Assembly: GCF_006345805.1 (NCBI RefSeq)
Contig: NC_042999.1
Location: forward strand, 130,510,001-130,574,000
Direction: 5' to 3'
DNA: 64,000 nt
DNA from: Octopus sinensis
Lineage: Eukaryota
Shown in pieces: positions 37,137-49,111 of the stretch. The notes below the pieces were generated by a model that worked only from the letters and a program-made list of their open reading frames with translations, was not told the origin of the DNA and made no database searches. A program made the position numbers and the translations under genes. Numbering within the stretch: position 1 is the first letter of the stretch; every line of letters starts with the position of its first letter.

Positions 37137-37720
37137 GCAGGTGAGGCCGCACCATAGCTACATAATGCCTCAGATAGATAGCTGGAGAGCGGCTCACAAA
37201 GGACTTGGTAAGTGATGCCAAGACATCCTCAGCCTTCTTGACAATTTTAGCAAGAGAATACACTCCATCAGGCATTTGCCATATTCTGAACACCTTACTT
37301 CCCTGGGCATGGATACATTGAAACTCTGACGTCTGGCAGCTGACTTGGCAGACACCCATAAAATTATTAACCATCTTACTAACAATAACTCTGAGCACCT
37401 TTTCAAACTTCACCTCTCTAACACCTATGTACATGTTTACAAAGTCAGAAAACAGCACAGCTCCCATGACTTTCAGAAACATTTTTTCATGCTAAGAGTT
37501 GCTGAAGCATGGAACAAGCTGCATCCTTCAAAACTTCCATGCTTCCTGAGATCTGCCAACACTACACCTGATTTTCTCCCCTCCATACACACGCAAGCAT
37601 GTATCTGTACACTGTTCACTTCCCAGACATTTGTACATTACTGCATATGCTTTATACGCACTTTTGACAAGTTGTGGTGCACCTGAGCACTGTATACAAT
37701 AATTTCATTATTACATTATT
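37137..37720. mobile_element. CR1-type LINE 3' end with an inverted 5' segment
   Basis: Minus 37137-~37255: KIVKKAEDVLASLTKSFVSRSPAIYLRHYVAMVRPHL. Plus ~37263-37530: IRHLPYSEHLTSLGMDTLKL..LAADLADTHKII...HFFMLRVAEAWNKL; ends in a (ATT)n-like tail. Confidence 0.8.
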
Positions 37721-39172
37721 ATTAGTATTATATAACTGCCTTTCTAGCAGAGAAATCCATACTGAAAAATGTAAATACCAGAAAAGCGTTTCAGAAAAAT
37801 ACAATAATGTCAAAGACAGACCTTTTGTTTACTCTTAGTCATTAAAATAGATGTTCTTAAAATACCCTATTTGCAAAATATTTCAAAATGAAAAATTTTT
37901 CATTTAGTAAAACTTGGTAACAATCCAGTTTTTTTGCAGCTGTATTTTGACATAATACAATAATAATAGTAAAATAAATAATGAAGGAAACCTTTTAACA
38001 ATGCGAAAGGGCAAGCTGACTACTCAACTTGCCCTTTCATATTATCAGAACCTCTGCTTCATTTACTATATTTACTTCTGCATCAAGCAAATAAAATGCT
38101 CTTAAAATAGTAATTAGTCTTTGTCAAGAGTGATTTTGAAAATCAATGCCATTTAATTGAACAGTCTTTCACTGACATCTCAAGATATGCCATATCGTTA
38201 TACAAAGAAACATTTATTATACCTTATGTAGCACTAACCAAGTGTTTTGTTCATGTCTTCGTATGAGCCTATACCATTATGGAAATAGTCTAACACTAAT
38301 TTTTTTCAACTAATTCTATCATACATGCAAGCATATGCAATATATAATAAATGTACTCATGATAACTATTTTAGAAGTAAAGTTAAATTCAGAAGGATCA
38401 TATAACCATTTGACAAATTTGATGTTCAGTTTATAGGTAAGTTTCATTCTATTTTCATTACAACTGGCTACATTGAGTGCAACATTAGATATATGGCATG
38501 GAATCTTTCTTTTTATTTCTAAGATAGACAAGCAGAAAAGACAGAATACTGGACTTAAACATTTTTCAGTTATGTTCCTGGCTCAAAATTGCTTCCTCTT
38601 TAGAATTGGTAGTAAAAGGACATAATGTGTACAACGATTGATTCAATTAATTATAATCCTCCACAGATCTGTGGTCTTAAGCCAATGTAATAAACTATTA
38701 ATTCATTCATTAAATTATAATTACCATAATTATATTAGCTATTCAATTAATCGCTCTCTCTGTTTCTTACACGCGCACACAAAAGTATTAGATTTTGCTT
38801 TCTGGAGAATTTCTGCATGAATAAGTCATAAAATGGTAATTAACTTAATTTTCATTGCTAATTATGTATGTGACCATAAGTGTGACTAAGTCAATAGGAT
38901 GTCAGTCTACCAAGTGAAAGGCTGAAATGTCAATATCCACTCATTGCCACTGAAACAATTCTCAGGAACCCATTCACCAAGGAGTATATAGGTGTCATAC
39001 ATAGGTACATTTTACTGCTATAAGGACTAAGAACAGTGTATATTATCAATCTGAAATTTTCCTACAGATGTGCACCAAGACATTATAGAATAGTTTAAAC
39101 CTGTTAAATCATCTTAACAAAAATACAACTATTATGAAGACATTTCAGACTAACTTGCAATTTTAAAGATGA

Positions 39173-39481
39173 CTAGCACTATGACCTGGCAACGCGAGTA
39201 CTGTCCAAATCTCTGACCAATTACATACAGCTAACTGGCATTCAATTGGCGTATCAAGTTTCGGGCATTTTGATTGGGTTTTGGATAGAAAATTCACAAA
39301 AAAGTCACTTCTATTGATTTTTTAATGGCTTTGTTGGGTGACTGGGGAAATGTAAAGACGTGCATGACCACCCTTGGACGGTTTTGAATGACCATAGAAA
39401 GTGCGAGCCCTCTAACTGAAAAATTGTGGATTGGTATAAAGGACACACACGCAGACATTTTGCCGTTTATATATATAGAGA
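39173..39481 (-). mobile_element. Non-autonomous Helitron-like element
   Basis: Minus strand starts A|TCTCTATATATATAAAC and ends GCCAGGTCATAGTGCTAG|T (TC...CTAG, AT target). Confidence 0.6.
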
Positions 39482-41826
39482 TACTGAGTGTTTAAATTTT
39501 ATTTTACTTAATCTTATATAAGATTACACTACTCCCCAGTACTTTTCTCTCTTACAGTGTGAAAATATATAGATAAGTAAATAAGGTGTTTCACTTTATC
39601 TTGACTTTTCTTTGAATTTTTCATTGAAACCTACATTACTAAGGTCAGTTATAACAAGCCTAATCAAACTTTGCTTTGATCTACAACTGCCAACTTATCT
39701 CCTCTCCTATATGCACAAACCATTGTTTCTAATATTAAGTTAATATATTTAATGGAGTGAAACATCAAAACTTTTTACTCCTTATGCAGTGAAGAAAAGA
39801 CAACATTTACTCAGCTGATGTGCAAATACCAAAGACAACATTTGCTAAGTAGATGTGCAAATATCAAATGAGATTCTGTACACAAGTACCCATGAAAAAC
39901 TGACTAAGCTTAAAAATATATTTTAACCCCAAATTTCACAATTGGTACTTTAACTTATAAAATGTTACCTATAATCTCAAACAGTTTTATGAATTTTCAC
40001 CTAATAAATGTGTCAAAATTCTTGTGCATAGATAGATAGATCTGTTATATTTTCCATCATAGAGTGCTCTCTTTCACTTTGCAGGCTACAATGCAACCTC
40101 AACAGTGCTGGTGCCACAAAGAGCACCCAGTATACTTTAAGTGTTTGATAATGAAACTGAACAGTGACAACACAGGGTTTGAGTGAGCTCTTTAGTCTTG
40201 CTGATGGTAAGGCAACCTCTATAGTGTTTCACCTACTGAATCCTGTTGAACCATCCTACCCATGCCAACTTGGAAAGCAGATGCAAAATGAGGATGATAA
40301 TGATGGTAACCAATGTGATAAAAACTACAGATGATGCTGACTGAAACTATATTTGAAAAATAAAACTTTAATGAGATAAATGTATTAGCCCTTTAGTAAA
40401 CAGTTAAAAATTCACAGCTAAGATTTTAATGTAAATGATACTACCACATTATCAAAACCAATTTGAGATTGTAAAATGAACAACAGACTTGTTGACAGAA
40501 CTTAAACTATGCATTTATGGCTTGTGGAAACAACACATTATCACTTACATAGTAGAGCGACTGCCATTCCCTCTCCAAAATGTACTATGCTGGGTTTTTT
40601 CCTTACTATATCAACTCCATAATTATCTCATTTGTTCCATGGATAATTTGTTAGCTACTTAGTGCTAGCAGGGCAGATTATTTTATTAATGTCCAGTACA
40701 CAGTAAGGTGTCTTATTTTGGTTTGGTGCTCGGAATGAAAATAATCCCATGAGTTCATGGGATTATTCTTAATGCAGACATCAGACTAAGATAGTGCTAA
40801 AGTAGCTAGTATGAGAAGCAAGTAAGCTACTTGTGGAGATAAAATACTACAGTTAAAATAATGAAAAAATCATTTACAGAACCTATATTGATATAGGACA
40901 GCAAGTATGTTGTAGTATAATTAGGAACACAGTCGCCTAGTAATTATAATAAAGCATAAATTAAATCTCTTCAGTCAGCCAGCTGCTTGTTTTTCTGATT
41001 CAAGTTGATATTTAGAATATTTAATAATATCTACCAAAAAGTTAGACTATGTTCAAGAACAAACACTTCCACTTGGAGAATTTTGGTGATTGGCATCTTT
41101 AATAGATTTAAAAAACTGAAAATTGTCTCCAAAAACTGCTATGACATGAAGACCTACAAACATGTTGAATCATCTACAATTTGTATTTGGTTTGATATAA
41201 AGAGCCCGAATGATTAATATAAAGTATTAATAAAAATAATGGCATGAGTTTTATTTTATAATTTTTTTCAACAATAAATAAAAAACAAAATATACACAGA
41301 TTCAAAAGATATGGGAAAGCGACAAAGAGGGTTCGTATGGAGTGAAAGAAAAATAACAGAGAAGAAAAAAAATATGATGTCCATGAAAATGAGCAAGTCA
41401 GTCGAGCCATTTTTCTCTTTGAAACTAAAAAACGTCTCTCAATTTGGAGTTTTGTAGGAAAATGATGAAAGACTGTACAGAAATTTTATAATTCTTACTT
41501 TTTATAAACTGCTAAGGCAAGAAATTTTTGAAAAATAAAGTAATTTCTGATTTTGAAAAAAAATTTTGAAAAAAATGTAAATTTATTTCTTTTGCAACTT
41601 AATAAGTCTGTTTATTTTTGAAACAGTCTTTAAAACCTTAAAACAAAACTTGTTCATATTTATATATATATATATAAGAGTGTTCATGAAATAATGTAAG
41701 TGGATTAGGAGGCTTCCATATTGGGCGGATGTCAGCATTTGGTATACGCTTAATTCAATTTACAGATAACGTATAGATCACCATTATTTCTCTCATCAAA
41801 AAGCAAAAAAAAAAATATAACGATGA

Positions 41827-41848
41827 CTAATTCCTCAAAGCTTGTAAT
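41827..41848 (-). CDS. CHMP1A: CHMP1A exon 8 (last; (R)LQALRN*)
   Basis: cag acceptor 41851-41849; TAG at 41829-41827; matches the RRLAALRN C-terminal MIM1 motif. Confidence 0.9.
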
Positions 41849-43480
41849 CTGCAAAATAAAATGCAAAGAGAAATATAAATAATAATTACAATACAGAAAA
41901 ACATTATTACATGTAATAAAAACATATATCACAGAGGCAGCCTCACTCAACCATTTTATAGAGACAGTTATATCTTGTTTGCCTGATCCCTCCATTAAAG
42001 ATGAACAAAGATACCAATATGTGACAAAAAAAGGAACAAATGGGCAGAGGGGAGAGGGTACTCCTTAATTTTGTCAAAGACAACCTTAGTAGTGCCAATG
42101 ATAAGATAAAATGCTCTTTGTGTATGTTGTGAAGTGGTTGGTTATAGGAAGGGCATCCAACTGAAAAAATGTATAAAAAGAAACAAAAGGAAATGTGGAT
42201 TCCAGAAGCCCCTGCACAGGAAACCCAACTAGAAAGAATTTTTAAATAAAATTGATACATGGTAGAAAGGGCACTTTTATTGTGTGACATACTTTCTAGT
42301 GCTCAATGGCACAATAAAATGTATCCAATGTCAATGCTGTAAATTGATTGATGATTGGAAATGCATTCAGCAATAAAAAAAATATCCCTTACAAATGAAA
42401 ATGGCTGGTTTTCTATTGCTATACATACCAGATGAAAAAGAAATGTGACAAGTGATAAGACACTGTGAAATCCATCCAACACATGACAGCATGGAAAAAG
42501 AGATATAAAATCATAATACTACACAACTATGTTACATTGTATCATGTCCTATTATGCTACTTCAGCATCAATAATCAGCACCAGCATTAACAATCTTAGG
42601 AATTATGCCTTATTCTAAATTCTCTTAGACTAGTTTTCTGTGATGAAATCCCTATTGTTATTTCCAGTCCAAGTACCTAATAGTAAATCCTGCTTTTAGA
42701 CTGTAAAATACACACCTTGATGCTATGCATCAGCTTAAAATTTCAATAGTTAATGCCTTTCTCTCACCTATCTTACTAAATTCCACTACATGTTGAAACT
42801 AATGCTTCTGGAACTATAATTTGGAGTGAACTGTCAACCTATTGCTAGAGTATCCCATCATCATTATCATTTAACATGCATTTTCTATGCTGGTATGGCT
42901 TGACAGGAGCTGACCAGCTAAAGAACTACCCAGGCTCCAATTGTTTGTTTGTCTGGTATGGTTTCTACAGCTGGACTTCCTTCCTAATACCAACCACTTT
43001 ACAGAGTGTACTGGGTGCACTTTATGTGGCACAAGCATGGGTACTTTTACAAAGCACCAGTTGATATTTAGAATATTTAATAATATCTACCAAAAAGTTA
43101 TGAATATATCTACCAAGTCTGCAAGATTAGGATTGCTCAGCTGAAGAGGGATGCAGGGGACATGCATGCATCCCTCTTCAGCTGAGCAATCCTAATCTTG
43201 CGTGCTCGTAGCTGTTGGTGCCAGGTAAAAATATATGCATGAATTATATATGTATATAAATCCTTAAAACCTTAAAAATGTTTTAGCCCGAAGGCCGCGG
43301 CCATGCTAAAAAAAGTATAACAACAACTACTCAATTGATATAATCATTACCATATTTACATGTCAGATAGCAGTTTTCAGCTAAATTCAGTGATGAAATA
43401 TTTTAATATGCTTTTTCTACTTTTAAAAACTTCTTATTCCGCAATGCAAAAATTAGCAAATAACTTATAAAATTACTTAC

Positions 43481-43674
43481 CTTCGAGTAAGGTCATCTTC
43501 TTTAACAGAATCTGCAGTAACTGTTGATCTAATGGAGCCTGAAGCAGGGTTCAGATCTTTGAGCTGGTCTATCATCTCCAGGCCATTCTCTTCAGCAACT
43601 TGTTGTATCAGGGCTTCAACCTGATCTTGAGGTGTTGTTAAAGTGGTGGCAGAACTCATTGACGACTCCAATGT
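43481..43674 (-). CDS. CHMP1A: CHMP1A exon 7 (TLESSMSSATTLTTPQDQVEALIQQVAEENGLE...DDLTR)
   Basis: tag acceptor, gtaagt donor; SMSSATTLTTPQ.QV..LI.Q.AEENGLE matches CHMP1A. Confidence 0.95.
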
Positions 43675-44398
43675 CTAAAAAAAAAAAGATTAAAAACTCC
43701 AGAGGAAAAGGAAAACAAAATACTGTGGGAGAAAAGTAAATTGGCACAATGAGATTACAATAGTGGACTACTGATTCCATGGGTATCAAGTTCAAACTTT
43801 ACTGCTTTGGTCATTGTGTTATTTTCCTGAGCTAGACACAGTTCTATTTGTTTCAGCTTGTCTGACCACTAAAGTTGAGTAGTTCAGTAGTAGAAAGGGA
43901 ATCCTGCTGTAAAAAACAATTGCTCCAACAAAAACAATTCCAACCATGCAAGAATAGAAAGAAATGGATGTAAAATATTGTCCATAAATACCTATAAAAT
44001 AAGTGTTTTATTCATTGGTATTTGGGTCAAAACTATCCAAATCCTTTCAGGTGTTGCCTCACAGATAAAGAAAACAGTTTTATATTTAATCACTAGGACC
44101 CACCAACACCTTATACAGACTTCTAACTTCCAATGATTCAGCCCTCATAGCTATAAATAAGGACCATGATGAGATACAGCTCACTGTTCTAACAAATTAA
44201 TGAGTGATTTGTAGTAACGTATATCTCATATGGAAAAGGCTTTTAATTGATAATCATTCCAAAGAATGAGGTTGTTATTCAAAAACTTAGTGCCTTGAAA
44301 ACTGAGCTAAGTTTTAGTACATTGTAATATTATTAGAAATGTCTGTCCATATTTTGAAAATAAACAATAATAAAACATAGAAATAGTATGATACTCAC

Positions 44399-44458
44399 AG
44401 AAGTTTTAACATCAAGGTCTTCAAATTGCTTCTCAAACTTTTGCATTATTTGTTCAAT
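44399..44458 (-). CDS. CHMP1A: CHMP1A exon 6 (IEQIMQKFEKQFEDLDVKTS)
   Basis: tag acceptor, gtgagt donor, 60 nt, phase 0/0. Confidence 0.92.
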
Positions 44459-44829
44459 CTAGGAGAAAGATGACATAACTATTAGATAAACTGAACCAAA
44501 AACAAAAACAATCAGCATAAAGATAGACAATGAATACTGAATAAAAAAATTTTCTCATAACAAAATTGTTACTGGATGGGATTGATACATTCAATAAAAA
44601 TAAGTTTTGCCACTAGATTAGCAAACTTTCAGAATCCAGCATAGAAATTTGTGAAGGTTATGAATAAAGTGCTTATTTATTCAAACTGATTCTTTTACAT
44701 AAATCTTACAAACTTCCGAAAGTCTCTCTTTACTCCCTAGAATACAAATTACCCTAAATTCATCCAGTCACCTCGATGTCTAAGTTTGGTAGGATGGGTA
44801 GGGCAAAATGGCTATGGGCACTGCTCTTT

Positions 44830-45540
44830 TCTTGTCAGGTCAAATAAGGTGTAGGGGCATGCACCATTCAAGTGCATTGCTGCATTCACCATTTGTCAGT
44901 ATATTCCTGGGTCCTCTCAGGCAACTCGTCAAGCAGAGTCACAGTCAGTCCCCACCTCTGTGAGATACTGCCTCATCTGCCATGTGGTTGACCAATACGA
45001 GCCATCATCCAGCGAGATCCTCAGTGAAAAGAACATGGTAAGCAGGGTTTGACTAGGAAAATTGAGCAACATGGCAAAACAGTCTGAGCTGGCACTCCTG
45101 AATCATAAAAGTAACAGGACACATTGCAGTTTCTGAGTAGTCATTGGTTGGATATGAAATCCAACCAATGGCAACCCATAATCCTGTAAAGAATCCTGAT
45201 ACCAAAGAAGCTTAGGCGGTTCCTAGAGGTCTTGGACATGCAAAAGAATAGACCTGTCTCCTCTATGTGTCATAAAAGGCAACTAAAAGAAGTTGAGGTA
45301 AAATCTGCACTTCAACTTTGTAAAACCCTCACCAGCAACAAACTCCTATACAAACCTCCAAAATTCTCTTCCCCCGGGGAGGTACACCAACTACCTATAA
45401 GGCATGTTGTGTGAAACGACTGGGACAAAGCCATCAGGACTCCCATCCACCAAATGGGGAAAGCCCTGGAGGACAGGAAGGATTGGAGGGTTGTCACCTG
45501 AGTGGTGCAAAGGTGTCATTCACCAAGAATAGGAAATCTC
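44830..45540 (-). mobile_element. Decayed RTE-clade LINE of a second family (RT C-terminal region) in CHMP1A intron 5
   Basis: Minus translation resembles IMGCHWLDFISNQ*LLRNCNV...QLRLFCHVAQ...NPAYHVLFTEDLAG; many stops. Confidence 0.6.
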
Positions 45541-45833
45541 AGCTCAGTCTGATGAGGGCCATTTAGGTGGGGACCAGAAATGTCCTTTCTCTGAAGGATG
45601 ATTCCACATCTGCTCTTGATGTCTTTCTTATGGAAAACAGGAAAAAAAATGTTGATGTAACAACCCATTTTACAGCACACTTTGGTTAAAAATATTTTAT
45701 CAGTAGTAGAAAAAAATTGTATACAGACATTCTTAATTCTGCATCATTTAACATGTTGAACTTGCAAGCCCTCCTCTTCTATTCAAGTTCAGTTTAACCA
45801 ATATATATATAAAGTGAATATAGATGATGTTAC

Positions 45834-45902
45834 CTTTACTAAATCTGATGCAGATGCTGCTTTCTCTAATGATTTCGTGACTCCTTCAATATTTTTGGCC
45901 AC
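45834..45902 (-). CDS. CHMP1A: CHMP1A exon 5 (VAKNIEGVTKSLEKAASASDLVK)
   Basis: tag acceptor, gtaaca donor, 69 nt, phase 0/0. Confidence 0.9.
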
Positions 45903-46625
45903 CTAAAATAAAAATAAAATCAATAAGACTCAAACAAGAAAACATAGATAAATTATTTACATTAGACATATACATGTCTATAGAAGTACTTCAATAATAC
46001 TATTTTAAGTACTTTAAGACTTCTCCAGCAGTATTTGGAACAAGCTAACACAAATTTCCTCTCAGAGACTTCATTAATTAATGAAGCTATTAACTGGCTC
46101 TAAAGTTTTAGTTTCTTGCGTATTATCATCATGTATGAACTAGAAATAGCAGAGGTGATAATTGTTTTATATTGATATAAGAGAAGGGAAATATATTTGC
46201 ACAATATTTGATGAACAATTTAAGGTGAAAAGAATGACTAAAACCAGAAATCAAAGATGAGTCAATGACTTGGTTATCCAGGAACACACTTCCTTTCTTT
46301 ATATTGTTCATCACCATCAATAACTTGATTATTAATTAACCATAAAATTGTTTAACTAGTACAATTAGTTTTGATTAGGAATCTTAGGCAATGATAGAGA
46401 AAAGTCTTATTGCTTATTATTAAATATTTATTGGAATTATTTTAAGGATATGAACTTTTCGAGCAAAAGTTTCATATGAAAATAGTACTGAAATGAATCA
46501 ACAAAAAATTACAGTTACAGGAATAAATGTTGAAAACTTCAGAAAGTTATATGAAATAGAAATTTGCTAAATGTGTACAAAAATATTGAATGAGAATTCT
46601 TAGAGAACAATGAAAAAGTTCATAC

Positions 46626-46772
46626 TTGTTTCATCGTGACAGCTGTCTGCACTTTACTTGATACTGCATCTACACGAGCAGCCATACGCAAGTAGTTCAA
46701 TTGTTCATTTTTTTTCCTAATAGCATTCTCTGCATAGACTTTAGCAACTTCAATATTTTTTTGCTGTATTGC
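46626..46772 (-). CDS. CHMP1A: CHMP1A exon 4 ([49 protein letters not shown])
   Basis: cag acceptor, gtatg donor, 147 nt; Snf7 domain core. Confidence 0.95.
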
Positions 46773-47306
46773 CTGCAAAAAGAAAAAGATTAGAAAATAA
46801 GAAATAGATAAATATGATATAATATGAAAGGAGATACAGATTTTGATATCTCACTTTCTTACTGATTCACACAATCAACGTACATACTAGCTTTACGATG
46901 TTCCTTTTTACCAATATTGGTAACTGGAGCTGTTAACTTAAAAAGGGCTTAGCAATAGCAATTTTCTGTCTTGAGAATCTCTTTATGCTTAATTTTGTAG
47001 CAGTTGATGATAACTTTATTGTACAACATAATTCACTATGAAATTAGTGTAAAACAAACTCATCCTGATGTCTCAACATCTCAGCAATGTGACAGTTTTT
47101 ACAATCAACTACTACTACACACTACTACTACTGCACACTAATACACCTTCGGACTGCCTAGTTTTAGCTCACTAGATGTCATCAAAAACAATGAAAAACT
47201 ACTGTCCATCTATGCTCATGCATTGTACTTTAATATCAAATTACTACACAATCAAACATTCATACACTTAGATTTCTTTTTACAATCAGTCAACTAAAGA
47301 CATTAC

Positions 47307-47384
47307 CTTTTTTACGCGATTTTGCTGCGCATGTTGTTCTTTCTCTGCTTTTCGTGCCAGTCGTTCAAGTTGTTTTGTAGTGAA
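47307..47384 (-). CDS. CHMP1A: CHMP1A exon 3 (FTTKQLERLARKAEKEQHAQQNRVKK)
   Basis: tag acceptor, gtaatg donor, 78 nt. Confidence 0.93.
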
Positions 47385-47539
47385 CTATAAAAGAAAAATA
47401 CTTATGAAATGCATATACACTTAGGATAATTTTCACTTAATCAAAAGTGGAATGAGAATGAAAATGTTAACACTCTTCCATGCTGGCAAAGATTGGACAA
47501 ATCATCACTGGTCAACTTATGATGATTGAAGCTCTTCCA

Positions 47540-48010
47540 ATATAAAAAGAACCACACCATCAAATTTGTGTGAGCAATCCACTGCAATGACTACTTTGTT
47601 TCATCATCATAGCCAAACACCCACATTTTATCACCCATTAGGACACTGTTTAGACAATTTTCATTGGCATTTGAATGATCAAACAACTTCTAACAGACTT
47701 CATTTTCAGTTTGTTCACGTCAGCTGACACTGCACAAAATTTTAAGGAATGTGATGCATCTTCAATTTTTCACTTAAAATCACGAGGTATGAACTTTTAC
47801 AGATTCCCACTTCTTCATGAACAGTCAGGTAATGACTTTCACAGCTCACAGCATGCAATTTTGCAATATGATCATTGTCTGTTGTCATGCAAAGTCACCC
47901 AAATTAGGGATTGTCTTCTGTGGACATCCTCTTCTAATCTAAAATGCTGGTACCACTTATGACAATGTATAAAGCTCCTTATCATAACCTGTTGCAACAC
48001 TGGGAAAAGA
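47540..48010 (-). mobile_element. mariner transposase relic in CHMP1A intron 2
   Basis: EDNP...EEVGICKSS...ILSEKLKMH...NANENCLNSVLMGDKMWVFGYDDETK aligns to mariner EDDPRSG...EEVGIS...KRIITGDETWVYGYDPETK. Confidence 0.65.
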
Positions 48011-48154
48011 GCCCATGTAAGGCACCTCTGGTTAGTATCTTCTCTTACAACCCCAGATCAAATAAAGTCTTGCAAATGAATTTGATAGACAATAAACTGA
48101 AAGAAGCCCTTTGTATAAGTATGATGTGTGTATGTATATACATATATATAGTAT

Positions 48155-49111
48155 AGAATAGCCTGGGCAAAGTTCAGAGAGCTCTTACCTCTGCTGGTGA
48201 CAAAGGGCCTCTTGCTCAAAGTAAAAGGGTTAGACTGTATGACGCTTGTGTACGAACAGCCATGCTACAAGGCAGTGAAACATGAGCCGTGACTGCTGAG
48301 GACATGCGTAACCTCGCAAGGAATGAAACCAGTATGCTCTGATGGATGTGTAATGTCAGTGTGCATACATGACAGAGTGTAAGTACCTTGAGAGAAAAGT
48401 TGGACCAAAGAAGCATCAGATGTGGTGTGCAAGAGAGACGAATGCGCTGGTATGGTCATGTGGCGAGAATGGATGAGGATAACTGTGTGTAAAAGTGCAA
48501 CACCCTAGCAGTTGAGGGAACCTGTGGAAGAGGTGGACCCAGGAAGACCTGGGATGAGGTGGTGAAGCATGACCTTCGAACATTAGGCCTCACCGAGGCA
48601 ATGACTAGAGACCGAGACCTTTGGAAATATGCTGTGCTTGAGAAGACCCTGCAAGCCAAGTGAGACCATAACCTCGTGGCCTATGCCAGGGGTGTAACCA
48701 GCCCACTTATGCGTACCTTTCCTTCATTGGACACTGAAGACCTGTTGAGGTAAGTGAAATTGAAATCAAATTTGATGACTGGCATCTGTGCTAGTGGAGT
48801 GCTAAGAGCACCATCCGAGTGTGATTGTTGCCAGAGCAGCTAACTGGCTTCCATGCCGGTGAAAATGCACCAATCGAGCGTGATCATTACCAGCAACGCC
48901 TTACTGGCACGTCAAAAAACATTCGAGCAAGGTCATTGCCAGTGCCACTGGACTGGCTCCTGTGCAGGTGGCACATAAAAAACACCATTTGAGTGTGGCC
49001 ATTGCCAGTGCCACCTGACTGGCCCTCGTGCTGGTGGCATGTAAAAGCACCCATTACACTCTTGGAGTGGTTGGCGTTAGGAAGGGCATCCAGCTGTAGA
49101 AACTCTGCCAG
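48155..49111 (+). mobile_element. 5'-truncated, decayed RTE LINE copy
   Basis: Homologous from RIAWAKFRELL onward to 51525-52590; in-frame stops; 3' UTR repeats. Confidence 0.85.
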
